Assembly (NCBI GenBank): GCA_038108555.1
Contig: JAYNIA010000004.1
Location: 32,001 to 96,000, forward strand
DNA length: 64,000 nucleotides
From: Nitrospinota bacterium
GTDB taxonomy: Bacteria; Nitrospinota; Nitrospinia; Nitrospinales; VA-1
Reading direction: 5' to 3'
Position 1 is the first letter of the stretch. The number at the start of each line of letters is the position of its first letter. This document shows, piece after piece, positions 50,039 to 61,159 of the stretch. A program made the translations under genes and the position numbers. The notes beneath the pieces are model-generated. The model worked only from the letters and a program-made list of their open reading frames with translations, searched no databases and was not told where the DNA came from.

Positions 50039-53000
50039 TCAGTTTACAGGAGTATCCCGGTCCTCTTCATTTGAAGCGGTCCGGGGTCCTGTGCGCAATA
50101 ATTGCCCAATCGTATCCCGGTAGTATTCCCGCATTTGGGTGGTATGCATTTCATAATCTCCCATAAAAATCTTGGCAAGATTTTCTGCCTCATCTCCCTG
50201 GTAAGACATGAGGCGGGCTAACTGTGCCAGGTCACGCGGATCTTTCGGAAGGCTGTTTCCCGGTGTTTCCTTAATGATTCTCAAAGCACATTCCAGATTC
50301 CTCAAGAACAAATAATTTTCTTTTGCCTGGTCGGCTTTGACCTGGTCAATCATTCCATGAGCTACAAACAAATTGAGAGCCCCAATGGTATTTGTTTCTC
50401 TTAGACGCGGATTTTTTTTCCCATGGATTAACTGAAGAATTTGCATAGTAAATTCAATATCTGCAATACCCCCGAAACCAAGTTTGACGTTTTTTCCTCG
50501 GGTAGATTCCCGGGCTAATTCCACTTCCATCCTTTCCCTTAACCGGGAAATTTCTATGAGGGAGCTGTATTCGAAATTATCTTGAAATACAAAGTTATGC
50601 GCGGCTTCCATGAACTTTTTACCTACCTCTTTATTTCCTGCTACCACGCGTGCTCGGACCATGGCCTGTTGTTCCCAGATTCTAGCGCGGGATTTAAAAT
50701 AACGTTCATACCCACTAATTGACATGACCAAAACTCCCGCTCCGCCTTCAGGTCTCAGTTCTGTATCAATTTTGTAGGCATAGCCGGCGGATGTCATTTC
50801 CGAAGTTAATTTATAAATCAACTGGGAAACGGCTGCATAATGGACTCCTTCCTGACTATTCTCCTCCGGCTCATCATAAACAAAAATAACATCGAGATCA
50901 GAGCCGAAATTTAATTCTCCTCCTCCCAGTTTTCCCATTCCAATGATACAAAACTTTTCAGCTACGGGATGTCCTTTTTTTCTACTGACCTCCGCACAGG
51001 CTAGTTTGAAAACGGCCTCCAAATAAGCATCGGCAAGATGGGAAAGGTCTGAAAGTGTCCCTTCCAAATCCGCTTCTTTTATTAAAAACCGAACACCTAT
51101 ACGGAGTTCCTCGGCTTGTTTAAAGCGCCTCAACAATAATTCCTTTTTCTCCAATGATGATTCATTTGATAGAAACTTTTCCAGATCCTCTGAAATTTTT
51201 TCGGCCGCCTTGAATCTATAGATTTCATCCATATTTGTTAATAGATCTACCAATTCCGGCCTTTTAATTAGAATTTGCGACAGAAGACCACTGCTACCAA
51301 ACAAGATGAGAAGGAGCTCCAGAAACTTTTCATTTTCCTGAAACAAGTTTAAAAAAGATTCCCGGGCTCCTGTTGCCTCAACAAACCGGGACAGGTTTTC
51401 AATCGCCTTTCCGGGGCTGGGCAAACAACCGCATATGGTTATGATTTTTGGAAGAATATAATTAAACTCCTGTATGCTTTTTTCTGAAGGATGTGAAAAT
51501 TCAGAACCATCGCGAAGTACTTTTAAAAATCGAAATGCCTGAGCCGGATCTTGAATTAGGGGAATAGCAGCAATTTCATCCTCTGAAAATAATGTCTCTC
51601 CCTTTCGCGACTGTTCCCATTCTTTTGATATGGCTTCAGCAGCTTCCCGTTTTTCTTTTTCCGCAAACTGTTCGGAAAACATTTTTCCTACAAAAGAAGT
51701 ATGAGTTTCATAAACCTTCATAAGATTTTCCGCCAGTTCCTCTGCGGTGCTTCCTTCAATACGCATTTTTCTTGCCAGTACTGCCCGGTCTGGAATTGAT
51801 TCGGGAAGATTGTGAGTCTGCAAACCAAAAGTTATCTGCACCCGGTTTTCAAGATGTCGTAAAAAAATATAGGCTTCGGATAAACACAAAAAGTCCTCCT
51901 CCGAAATAATATTTTTTTCCAACATAATTTTAAGAGCACCTAACGAACTTCTTACTCTTAGTTCTTTATTCCTCCCGCCCAGTAAAAGCTGGTAAGCCTG
52001 GATAAAAAATTCAATTTCGCGTATACCCCCGAATCCCAGTTTAATATTTCCAGATTTTTTTCCTTTTAAACTTTGGTTAATTCTATTCTTCATCGATTTA
52101 ATTTCTTCGATGGCTTCAAAATCCAGGCTGCGTCTATAAATAAAGGGTTCCATCATGGAAAAGAATTCTCTACCCAGGGCTTCACTTCCTGCAGAGACTC
52201 TGGCTTTGATAAATGCCTGGCGCTCCCAGGTTCTTCCCCAAGATTCATAATAAGTTTCACAACTCGCAAGGGAACTGGCTATTTCGCCACTGGGGCCATC
52301 GGGCCTTAAATCAAGGTCGACCCGGAATACGTTTCCGTCAGAAGTTATTTCGTTTATTGATTTTGTAATTTGCCGAGCGAGTTTTGAAAAATATTCATGG
52401 TTGGTAATTTTTACAACCGATCCTGGCAAAGAGGAATCGGGACGTGTTTCCCCACGGCTGGAGGTATAAATATAAACGAGATCAATATCAGAACTGTAAT
52501 TCAGCTCCTGCCCTCCCAGCTTTCCCATTCCGAGAATCGCAAACTCTGAATCTTTCCAATTTCCATCTTTATCCTCATACGACGGAATCCCATGCTTTTG
52601 CCTGAGATCCCGATCTGCTTTTTCATAGGCAATTTGAAGACAAACATCAGCGAGGTTGGAAATATCCCCTACCGTTTCCATCAACTCCACGTTTCCTAAT
52701 AAATCCCGGAGACCAATCCGAATGTACTCTCTTTTTTTAAACTTTCTCAGGGCTGAGGAAATATCCTTTTTATGAAAACCTTTTCCTGCCATTTCATAAA
52801 AATCCCTCATCAGCATATCTTTTGACTTTGATTCTGTCAGAGTGCCGGGGCGGCTCAACCAATTCACATAAGACGGTTCACTGAGGAGGGAATCCGTTAA
52901 AATCTGGCTTCCGGAAAACAGAAATACCAATGCTTCCAGTAAATTTTCAGATTCCGATAATTGAGTGAAAAGGTGATCTTTATCAGTAAATTTTTCTGAA

Positions 53001-53239
53001 AAACGTTCAAAGTTATGGAGGGCCAAATCCGCATTATGTGAACGGGTTGTTAAATCTAATAAACGGGAAAAAAAGTGAGGGTAGAGTTTTCTGAAATTTA
53101 CACATTTAGCAATGGAAATTAAATCGTTCCAGGTTTTCGAAGGTTCCTGAAACCCAAAAGCCATAAAAGCTGATGACAACTGATCATCCCAGGGAGAGCA
53201 ATCGAGGATTTTTTCTATAATGTTTTCTTTAGAATTCAT
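50039..53239 (-). CDS. glnE: Glutamine synthetase adenylyltransferase/adenylyl-removing enzyme
   Basis: Two GMGKLGG.ELN..SD.D domains; LRPDG/LRPEG; KLGFGGI. Confidence 0.94.
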   Translation of the reverse strand: MNSKENIIEKILDCSPWDDQLSSAFMAFGFQEPSKTWNDLISIAKCVNFRKLYPHFFSRLLDLTTRSHNADLALHNFERFSEKFTDKDHLFTQLSESENLLEALVFLFSGSQILTDSLLSEPSYVNWLSRPGTLTESKSKDMLMRDFYEMAGKGFHKKDISSALRKFKKREYIRIGLRDLLGNVELMETVGDISNLADVCLQIAYEKADRDLRQKHGIPSYEDKDGNWKDSEFAILGMGKLGGQELNYSSDIDLVYIYTSSRGETRPDSSLPGSVVKITNHEYFSKLARQITKSINEITSDGNVFRVDLDLRPDGPSGEIASSLASCETYYESWGRTWERQAFIKARVSAGSEALGREFFSMMEPFIYRRSLDFEAIEEIKSMKNRINQSLKGKKSGNIKLGFGGIREIEFFIQAYQLLLGGRNKELRVRSSLGALKIMLEKNIISEEDFLCLSEAYIFLRHLENRVQITFGLQTHNLPESIPDRAVLARKMRIEGSTAEELAENLMKVYETHTSFVGKMFSEQFAEKEKREAAEAISKEWEQSRKGETLFSEDEIAAIPLIQDPAQAFRFLKVLRDGSEFSHPSEKSIQEFNYILPKIITICGCLPSPGKAIENLSRFVEATGARESFLNLFQENEKFLELLLILFGSSGLLSQILIKRPELVDLLTNMDEIYRFKAAEKISEDLEKFLSNESSLEKKELLLRRFKQAEELRIGVRFLIKEADLEGTLSDLSHLADAYLEAVFKLACAEVSRKKGHPVAEKFCIIGMGKLGGGELNFGSDLDVIFVYDEPEENSQEGVHYAAVSQLIYKLTSEMTSAGYAYKIDTELRPEGGAGVLVMSISGYERYFKSRARIWEQQAMVRARVVAGNKEVGKKFMEAAHNFVFQDNFEYSSLIEISRLRERMEVELARESTRGKNVKLGFGGIADIEFTMQILQLIHGKKNPRLRETNTIGALNLFVAHGMIDQVKADQAKENYLFLRNLECALRIIKETPGNSLPKDPRDLAQLARLMSYQGDEAENLAKIFMGDYEMHTTQMREYYRDTIGQLLRTGPRTASNEEDRDTPVN

Positions 53240-53292
53240 AATCCCGGATTAATTTTTCAAAGTTAAATATTTTATTTCTATGCATGGAAAAT

Positions 53293-53325
53293 AAAAAACC
53301 CCCTGGGTGAACCCAGGGGGTTTTC
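53293..53325 (-). terminator. Intrinsic terminator after glnA
   Basis: AAAAAACCCCCTGGGT-GA-ACCCAGGGGGTTTT. Confidence 0.85.
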
Positions 53326-53356
53326 GAAATTCCGTTACTCTCCAGCGTCCACCGAA

Positions 53357-54769
53357 CTAGCAATCGTAATACATTTGAAATTCCAGTGGATGGGGTCGCA
53401 ACCTCAATTCATCAATCTCATTTTCCCTTTTGTAATCGATCCATGTATCGACCACATCCTGGGTGAACACATCGCCTTTAAGTAAGAACTCGTGATCATC
53501 TTCAAGAGCTTGAATTGCATCTTCAAGAGAATGGGGCAGAGTCGGGATGTTGGCCAATTCTTCGGGCCCAAGGGCATAAATATTTTTATCCAATGGATCA
53601 CCCGGATCGATTTTATTTTCGATTCCGTCCAGTCCCGCCATTAACATAGCGGAGAAAGTAAGATAGCCATTACAAGATGGATCGGGGAAACGGATTTCCA
53701 AACGCTTCGCTTTTGGGCTTGGAGAATACATTGGGATACGAATCGCAGCACTTCGGTTTCGACTTGAATATGCCAGGTTTACCGGGGCTTCGAAACCAGG
53801 AACCAACCGTTTGTAAGAGTTGGTGGTAGGCGCTGCAAATGCACAAATAGCTTTTGCATGCTTCAAGATTCCGCCGATGTAATGCATTCCCAGCTCACTG
53901 AATCCAGCATAGCTGTTGCCAGCCATTAGAGGGTTGCCATCTTTCCAAATACTTTGATGGGTATGCATTCCGGTTCCGTTATCCCCAAACATGGGCTTCG
54001 GCATGAAGGTTGCTGATTTCCCGTGCGCCCGCGCTACATTTTTTACAATGTATTTGTACCACATCAAGCTATCGGCACACTTTACGAGAGGTGCAAAACG
54101 CATATCAATTTCACACTGTCCTCCGGTAGCCACCTCATGATGGTGACACTCCATCGTTATTCCTACTTCCTCCATGAGCAGCATCATTTCAGTACGAATA
54201 TCCTGAAGCGTATCAGCTGGAGCGACTGGAAAGTAACCTTCTTTGTGGCGTGGTTTATGCCCCAGGTTCGGGCCTTCATCGCTGCCCGTATTCCAGGTAC
54301 CTTCTACTGAATCTATAGAATAAAAGGATTCATTGGTGGAAGAATCATATTGAATATTGTCAAAGAGGAAAAACTCGGCTTCGGGACCAAAATAAGCGGT
54401 ATCACCAATTCCTGTGGATTTGAGATAAGCTTCTGCTTTTTGTGCAATGTTACGTGGGTCGCGACTGTATTTTTCTTTAGTGATCGGATCAACAATATTA
54501 CAAATCATGCTAACCGTAGGTTCCTTCATAAAAGGATCCATGACGGTGGTTGCGGGATCAGGAATGACCAGCATATCGCTGTTGTTGATTGCCTGCCAGC
54601 CTCTAACACTGGAGCCATCAAAACCCAAACCTTCTTCAAACAGATGTTCTTCCAGTTCGCACATGGGAACTGAAAAATGCTGCCAGGTACCCAGCAAATC
54701 GATGAATTTTAAATCCAGGATTCGCGAATTATTTTTCTTTGCGAAATCTACTGCCTCTTTGGGGGTCAT
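53357..54769 (-). CDS. glnA: Type I glutamine synthetase
   Basis: [25 protein letters not shown], adenylylation motif DKNIY. Confidence 0.98.
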   Translation of the reverse strand: MTPKEAVDFAKKNNSRILDLKFIDLLGTWQHFSVPMCELEEHLFEEGLGFDGSSVRGWQAINNSDMLVIPDPATTVMDPFMKEPTVSMICNIVDPITKEKYSRDPRNIAQKAEAYLKSTGIGDTAYFGPEAEFFLFDNIQYDSSTNESFYSIDSVEGTWNTGSDEGPNLGHKPRHKEGYFPVAPADTLQDIRTEMMLLMEEVGITMECHHHEVATGGQCEIDMRFAPLVKCADSLMWYKYIVKNVARAHGKSATFMPKPMFGDNGTGMHTHQSIWKDGNPLMAGNSYAGFSELGMHYIGGILKHAKAICAFAAPTTNSYKRLVPGFEAPVNLAYSSRNRSAAIRIPMYSPSPKAKRLEIRFPDPSCNGYLTFSAMLMAGLDGIENKIDPGDPLDKNIYALGPEELANIPTLPHSLEDAIQALEDDHEFLLKGDVFTQDVVDTWIDYKRENEIDELRLRPHPLEFQMYYDC

Positions 54770-54915
54770 TAATGTATCTCCTGCAAAAATTGATTAAATG
54801 GGATTCACTAAAAAAAACACAAAAGTCCAGCATCGCATTGCGACTGCTGAACTAAAAAAATATTTTTCGTATGATCTGTTAATTCAAGCTATAAAGGAAT
54901 TTGCCCAATAAAAAC

Positions 54916-55263
<348 letters not shown>

Positions 55264-55380
55264 CTAGCCAATATGTTCAGAATGGATCAGGGCTTGGTGA
55301 CGATTTCGCTATCAGGCATTCACACCCGATTGATTCGCTTAATTAAACCCCCTTTTAAAAACACTTTTTAGCCAACAGAA

Positions 55381-55397
55381 TTCAATTTTAATGCCAA
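55381..55397 (-). promoter_or_regulatory. Sigma54 promoter candidate for glnB-glnA
   Basis: Minus strand TTGGCATTAAAATTGAA, i.e. GG-N10-GA. Confidence 0.55.
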
Positions 55398-55510
55398 GCT
55401 CCAAGGCCAGCACACCTTAGTGGAACTGCCTTAAAGCCTATAAATTTAAAGGAGTTTAAGAAGCGGAGAAACTATACCATACCGCCCCCTCAAATTCAAA
55501 CCCCAACCCA

Positions 55511-55559
55511 CGCCTAATTTTTAGGCATTTAACCTTAAAACATGGTTAAATTTTAAGCG
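55511..55559. promoter_or_regulatory. Pair of NtrC-like enhancer sites 32 bp apart
   Basis: CGCCTAATTTTTAGGCA (55511-55527) and TGGTTAAATTTTAAGCG (55543-55559). Confidence 0.5.
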
Positions 55560-55562
55560 TTT

Positions 55563-56207
55563 TTAGGCCGCGTCACACTCGGCATCCAGCTTTTTCAGGC
55601 TGGTTTCCAGTTCCATTCGTTTTTCTTCCACCAGTTCATCAGAAGACCGCGAAGAAAGGGTAATGGAAGGTCCAAAATTGATACTGCAACGGGTGAAGGG
55701 AAGGGGAAGGATAAAGCGGTCCCAAGTATTCAATACCACCTTGTTTTTTGCTCCAAAAGTCATTGGAAATAAAGGCAATTTTGTGATTCCGGCCAATTGG
55801 ACAGAACCCGACTGGGCCACGCATCTCGGCCCCCTGGAACCATCGGCAATGATGATTATTCTTTGCCCGTCCCGCAATACACGGATCAGGGACCGGGCTG
55901 CAGGCACTGCCTTTTTGAAGGTAGACCCACGAATGACCGAGTAACCCATTAAACGTGCCAGCTTTGCCAACAGGTCTCCGTCAACGCTGGGACTGATTAA
56001 TAAAAAATAATCGGGACGATTTCTTAAATAATAAAACAGGTAAAAAATTCTTCCATGCCATAAAGTCAGAATATAAGGCCCCGGCAGATTCTGGATTTTT
56101 TCTTCGGCCTCGACATCAAGGTTTGTTCTGCGAATCGTAATGCACCACAGAAAAACAATTCCATATAAAAGATAGGGAAGGATGTAGTTAAATAGAAATT
56201 TTTTCAT
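55563..56207 (-). CDS. DUF374 / lysophospholipid acyltransferase family protein
   Basis: LWHGR, LISPSVDG, VIRGST, ADGSRGP, WDRFILPLPF. Confidence 0.88.
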   Translation of the reverse strand: MKKFLFNYILPYLLYGIVFLWCITIRRTNLDVEAEEKIQNLPGPYILTLWHGRIFYLFYYLRNRPDYFLLISPSVDGDLLAKLARLMGYSVIRGSTFKKAVPAARSLIRVLRDGQRIIIIADGSRGPRCVAQSGSVQLAGITKLPLFPMTFGAKNKVVLNTWDRFILPLPFTRCSINFGPSITLSSRSSDELVEEKRMELETSLKKLDAECDAA

Positions 56208-57360
56208 GTTGATTAAACTTTGACAATGAATCCGCCACACTTGCAGCGACGGCTTTCAATACTCCCGGATTCCCCAGGTTTTTACGAACAAGCTTTAACC
56301 GATTTTTCACATCCCTACTATGTTCCGGATTTTTTAAAAGCTTCAATATTTCTGTAGCAATTTTTTCTGCATTGGCCTCCCCCTGAATCAACTCCGGAAC
56401 CACTCTTTCTTCAGCAACAATATTCACCAAACCATAATGAGGAGTATTTATAAGAAGAAGAGCCAGCCAGTAAGTTATTGGGCTGAGTTTATAAATAATC
56501 ACCATGGGGCAACCTATAATTCCTGCTTCTAAAGTTGCCGACCCGGAAGCTATTATCAATGCATCGCAAACGTTCATTGCATTGTAGGTTTCCCCTGCAA
56601 GGATTTTTATATTTAACTTATTGGCACCCAATCGCTTTCGAATCAAATCCGGGTCAATGGATTCGGCAATGGGCAAAATGAATTGGCAACCCTCAATCTC
56701 TTTCTTTATTTTTTCTGCTGCACTTAACATTTCCTCAAGGAGGAAATTAATTTCATTCATCCGGCTTCCCGGAAGTAGTCCAACTATTTTTTTATTCGGA
56801 TCCAATCCAAACTTTTCCAGGCTTTCTTCACGACTGCGGGTGGGTTTTACCAAATCGATAAAAGGGTGACCTAAAAATTCCGCATCGACCCCCGCTTCCT
56901 GATACATCCTTTCCTCGAAGGGTAAAATGACAAACATCTTATGCACAGATTTTCGGATTTCTTTGATTCTGCCTTTTCTCCAGGCCCAAACCTGGGGACT
57001 GATAAAATAATAGACAGGACAATTATTTCGTCGGCTGTGTTTTGCCAATCTGAGATTTAAGGTGGGGTAATCTATTAATATTACTGCTGTGTATTTTCGC
57101 GACTCAATCTCTTTTTGTAATGTGCGGTAAACCCCATAATAGTGACCAAATTCGGAAATAATTTCTATCAGTCCGACCGTTCCCATACGTTCGATCCCAA
57201 ACAGGGTATTGACCCCGGCATTTCGCATCCGCCCGCCACCCATTCCTGTAAACCGGGCATTTGGATATATTTCCAAAAGGGACCGAACCAGGTTCTCGCC
57301 ATGCAAATCCCCGGAGGCCTCACCCGCAACGATCAAAAAATGAGGTTCTTCTTTATTCAT
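56188..57360 (-). CDS. lpxB: Lipid-A-disaccharide synthase
   Basis: AGEASGDLHG, SPQVWAWR, LLPGSR, ASGSATLE. Confidence 0.96.
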   Translation of the reverse strand: MNKEEPHFLIVAGEASGDLHGENLVRSLLEIYPNARFTGMGGGRMRNAGVNTLFGIERMGTVGLIEIISEFGHYYGVYRTLQKEIESRKYTAVILIDYPTLNLRLAKHSRRNNCPVYYFISPQVWAWRKGRIKEIRKSVHKMFVILPFEERMYQEAGVDAEFLGHPFIDLVKPTRSREESLEKFGLDPNKKIVGLLPGSRMNEINFLLEEMLSAAEKIKKEIEGCQFILPIAESIDPDLIRKRLGANKLNIKILAGETYNAMNVCDALIIASGSATLEAGIIGCPMVIIYKLSPITYWLALLLINTPHYGLVNIVAEERVVPELIQGEANAEKIATEILKLLKNPEHSRDVKNRLKLVRKNLGNPGVLKAVAASVADSLSKFNQHEKISI

Positions 57361-57392
57361 AATTCATCTTCAATCTTTTACGGCTGTTATGG

Positions 57393-58208
57393 CTAAACAC
57401 AAGTTACAGTAAGCTTGGCATCGTTCGCAATTTTAACAACCTGTTCCTGTTCCACTGCCATAACACGGTCGGCCTCTATGGCCAAAACCGAAGCGCCCCC
57501 TTCGATCAATGTTTTTACTGTTTGTGGACCAATGCCGGGGCTATCGTATCTATAATCCTGATTCGTCCTGCTGACTTTTATAACCACACAGTTTCCCTTT
57601 GAAAGTTCGCAACCCCTTTGAATGGCTTTATCCGTCCCCTCAAAAGCTTCTACCGCAATCACGGATTTATTTTTTACAATCAAAGTCTGGCCGATTTCCA
57701 TATCTGCCAGTTTCCTGGCAATGGGCAGACCAAATTCAATGTCTTCGAGCTCTTTGGATGTGGGCTTTCTTTTAGTCAATACCCCTTTGGGAGGATAAAC
57801 CTCGGCCAAAAAATCTTTTTGACTGAGAACACGGACCCCTTCTTTTTCCAGTTCCTCAATCACGCCCAACAGCAATGTTTTATCTTCATGGGACATGATG
57901 TTTTTAAAAAATTTTATGAATTTTAAATCTGGCAACTGAAGTTTATAGATAACACTCTTATCAACCTTTCCTAAAATCAATAGCTCCTCTACATCATTTT
58001 TTTTTAAGGCATCAAGAATTTTTGTGGGTTGGCCCACGCCAAATGAATAACTTTTTTCTGAATAGGGAGAGAGGTTCGATTCGATCTCATCAGAGAATCC
58101 CACGCTTATTAACCGGGTTCCATTCTGACTGGCTTTTCTGGCGAAATAGATGGGAATTTCTCCAGCCCCGGCAATCAATCCGATTTTTTTTGTCGTTTGG
58201 GAAGCCAT
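57393..58208 (-). CDS. lpxI: UDP-2,3-diacylglucosamine pyrophosphatase LpxI
   Basis: IGLIAGAGEIP, EIGQTLIV, AVEAFEGTD, DYRYDSPGIG. Confidence 0.9.
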   Translation of the reverse strand: MASQTTKKIGLIAGAGEIPIYFARKASQNGTRLISVGFSDEIESNLSPYSEKSYSFGVGQPTKILDALKKNDVEELLILGKVDKSVIYKLQLPDLKFIKFFKNIMSHEDKTLLLGVIEELEKEGVRVLSQKDFLAEVYPPKGVLTKRKPTSKELEDIEFGLPIARKLADMEIGQTLIVKNKSVIAVEAFEGTDKAIQRGCELSKGNCVVIKVSRTNQDYRYDSPGIGPQTVKTLIEGGASVLAIEADRVMAVEQEQVVKIANDAKLTVTCV

Positions 58209-58265
58209 TTTAAAATCGGGAAAAAAGTTGTGAGGAAGAAGGTTTCTGGAAAGGTAAAACTGAAA

Positions 58266-59222
58266 TTATGAATTATTAAACTTACTAAGAATATTCAAGG
58301 CAATCTCCAATGAATAAAGTTCATTGTCAACAGCCACCTTTCGGGGACTGCCGTTTGTAGCGCAGTCCAGGAAATGCTTGAGTTCCAATTTGAGAGGGTT
58401 ATCTTTATGGACAAAAATACGCTCGACCAGAGATTCCTGCTTATATCTTAAAGAATCTTTACTAAGCTTATGTTCTGAGGAAGATTTTTTATGCACATAA
58501 ATTTCCTGATCGGTGTAGTCCAACACTACAAAGGAATCTTTTTGCGTTACAGAAAGTGTCCTCTCCTGGTTCTGCGAAGCCCGACTGGCAATAATGTTGG
58601 CAATACATCCATTTTCAAATTCGAGTTGCGCATTGACCAAATCGTCTTTATCAGAAAAAACGGAAGCTCCCAAAACATGGATTTTGACAACTTTCGACTG
58701 AATCAGGTTTAAAATAATATCAATATCATGGATCATGATGTCGAGAACAACGCCATCATCTTTGATTCGGTCGGTAAAAGGACCCATGCGTTTACACTCT
58801 ACAAATATGGGGGAATCAACAATTTTATGCAGCTCTTGAACCGCCCCATTAAACCGCTCCACATGGCCGATATGCAGGGTTAAGTGTTTCTCTTCTGCGA
58901 TTCGAAAAAGTTCCCGTGCGTGGTCCAGATCATTTGCACAGGGTTTTTCAAGAAGAACATGGATCCCGGCATTTAATAGGTCTTTTGCTATTGGAAAATG
59001 CAATCCCGTGGGCACGGCAACTACAACAGCATCCACTTTTCCATAGAGATCCTGATAATTTTCATAGCCGGCAACACCGTAATTTTCTTCTATTACTTTT
59101 CTTCCTTTGGAGTCAATATCTACAACCGCAGCAAGTTCAGCCTCCTGTAATTCGGAGAGAATGCCGACATGGTATTTTCCCATCCTTCCAACACCAATGA
59201 CCCCAACCTTCATCTGGCTCAC
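58266..59222 (-). CDS. Gfo/Idh/MocA oxidoreductase (GnnA-like)
   Basis: GVIGVGRMG, HVLLEKP, GHVERFN, DIMIHDID; directly after lpxA. Confidence 0.85.
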   Translation of the reverse strand: MSQMKVGVIGVGRMGKYHVGILSELQEAELAAVVDIDSKGRKVIEENYGVAGYENYQDLYGKVDAVVVAVPTGLHFPIAKDLLNAGIHVLLEKPCANDLDHARELFRIAEEKHLTLHIGHVERFNGAVQELHKIVDSPIFVECKRMGPFTDRIKDDGVVLDIMIHDIDIILNLIQSKVVKIHVLGASVFSDKDDLVNAQLEFENGCIANIIASRASQNQERTLSVTQKDSFVVLDYTDQEIYVHKKSSSEHKLSKDSLRYKQESLVERIFVHKDNPLKLELKHFLDCATNGSPRKVAVDNELYSLEIALNILSKFNNS

Positions 59223-59992
59223 TATTTGGTCACTCCTCTTTTGGAGTCTTTAATAAAATTTAAAAGATAATTAATTTCTTCAAACATTTCAACCTCAGCA
59301 CTAATTTTTTCTATAGCCTGGGTTGTATTTAGATCAGAACTCAAAACCAGTTTAAAAGCCTTTTTAATGGCTGACCTTACTTCAGGTTTAAAACCAGCCC
59401 TTTTCAATCCTACCGCATTCACCCCCAATAAACGGGCAGGAGTACCTTCTACGGTTGAAAAAGGTAAAACATCCTGGTTCACTCCGGCCATTCCCCCAAC
59501 CATCGCATTCCGACCGATCCGCACAAACTGGTGAATTCCAACCAGGCCGGATATGAATGCCTGATCCTCAACAATGACATGCCCGGACAAGCCCGTGCCA
59601 TTTACAATAATAACCTGGTCGCCTAATTCACAATCATGTCCCAAATGGGAATATGCCATGAGAAGACAGTTTTTCCCAATTCTTGTTACACCCTCCTTAA
59701 ACATTGAACGATGAATGGTCGCATATTCTCGAATCTCCGTTCCATCTCCTATTTCTACCGATGAGGGAACATCTTCAAAATTCATTATCTGGGGTTCACC
59801 CCCTATGGAAGCGCCATGAGAAATTCTACAATTTTCCCCAATCCTGGTGTTTGCTTCAATTAATACATGTGAGGCAATACTGGTTCCCTTGCCTATGCTT
59901 GCATTCGGCCCAATAATGGAAAAAGGCCCAACAGTCACACCTTCCCCCAGTTTTGAATCAGGGTCAATGATTGAACTTGAATGAATGGTCAA
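59222..59992 (-). CDS. lpxA: UDP-N-acetylglucosamine acyltransferase
   Basis: Hexapeptide repeats, IREYATIHR, HLGHDC, IHQFVRIG. Confidence 0.95.
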   Translation of the reverse strand: MTIHSSSIIDPDSKLGEGVTVGPFSIIGPNASIGKGTSIASHVLIEANTRIGENCRISHGASIGGEPQIMNFEDVPSSVEIGDGTEIREYATIHRSMFKEGVTRIGKNCLLMAYSHLGHDCELGDQVIIVNGTGLSGHVIVEDQAFISGLVGIHQFVRIGRNAMVGGMAGVNQDVLPFSTVEGTPARLLGVNAVGLKRAGFKPEVRSAIKKAFKLVLSSDLNTTQAIEKISAEVEMFEEINYLLNFIKDSKRGVTK

Positions 59993-60072
59993 GGTTTAGA
60001 GAGGGAAATGAAATTCAAATTGGGTGTTGCTTTTTTAAAACCGAACAAAATTTTCGAATAATAATTATCGGG

Positions 60073-60522
60073 TCAATTATTACCCATCATGGCTTGAATG
60101 GTACATTCCGTTGCCAATACATTATCAACGAACGCTTTTCCTTCAAATCGAAAAATTGATTTTCGCTGCTTTATTTTTGTCAACTCCATCCGTAACTGGT
60201 CTCCCGGGACTACCGGCTTTCTGAATTTGACAGCATCAATCCCCGTGAAGAAAACAGTACCCTGTCCTTCAAGATTTAAAATTTTCAATCCCAGAATACA
60301 AGCCGTTTGCGCCATGGCTTCAATTATTAAAACACCCGGCATTACAGGAAATTCCGGGAAATGCCCCTGAAAGAAAGGTTCATCGGCCGTCACATTTTTT
60401 ATCCCCACGATACGGGAATCTAAATCACATTCGACAATTCGATCGACCAGGAGAAAAGGATAGCGGTGGGGAATAATCTTTTTAATTTCATTTATATCCA
60501 TCGTATTTGATGTTTCATTCAT
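60073..60522 (-). CDS. fabZ: 3-hydroxyacyl-ACP dehydratase
   Basis: IPHRYPFLLVDR, FFQGHFP...MPGVLIIEAMAQ. Confidence 0.97.
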   Translation of the reverse strand: MNETSNTMDINEIKKIIPHRYPFLLVDRIVECDLDSRIVGIKNVTADEPFFQGHFPEFPVMPGVLIIEAMAQTACILGLKILNLEGQGTVFFTGIDAVKFRKPVVPGDQLRMELTKIKQRKSIFRFEGKAFVDNVLATECTIQAMMGNN

Positions 60523-60588
60523 ACAAATTCCTCACTGCTTTTTATGGATTAAAACTTGAAGAACCTACCACAAATTCTTCTTGAGAGA

Positions 60589-61131
60589 TTATCTGTTAGC
60601 TCGATCGTAGGTTGTGGTTGCCAAAGTCGTTAAATCATTCCCCTTGTCATGATAAAGAACGACCTTCTGTTCGAGAATCATTGTATATTTTTTTTCTTTA
60701 CCAATTTTCTGGATTACCTTCATCATTTTCATCAGAATTTTTTGCGTCATTTCTTGTTCATTTTTTCCAAACTCTTGATTCTGATCTTGCACATATCTTT
60801 CAAAAGCTACTTTTTCTTTGCGAAACTGATCTTCCTTTTTTTTCTTTAGTTCAGGGTCCAGAACAAAACTTTGCTTATTCAAATCTTCAAGCATTTTTTT
60901 AATTCTTTGTTCCCGCGCTTTTATCTTCTTTTTCTCTTTTGCAAAATCCTTCTTAAAAATTTCAAATTGTTTTTTCCATTCTTTTGTACTGACCACTGCT
61001 TTTTGTAGGTCCACGAACCCAACTCGGTTATCAGCAGCAAACGAGTGGGACACCGAGGGACCCAGGAAAAACAATCCCATCAAAAAGAAAGAAGAAAATA
61101 ACTGGTACGGTCTAGAAGAAAATAACTGCAT
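60589..61131 (-). CDS. skp: Skp/OmpH periplasmic chaperone
   Basis: Signal peptide, RVGFVDLQK, coiled coil, DLT; follows bamA. Confidence 0.85.
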   Translation of the reverse strand: MQLFSSRPYQLFSSFFLMGLFFLGPSVSHSFAADNRVGFVDLQKAVVSTKEWKKQFEIFKKDFAKEKKKIKAREQRIKKMLEDLNKQSFVLDPELKKKKEDQFRKEKVAFERYVQDQNQEFGKNEQEMTQKILMKMMKVIQKIGKEKKYTMILEQKVVLYHDKGNDLTTLATTTYDRANR

Positions 61132-61159
61132 AATCCAAATCCTTAATTTATGGTTTAAA

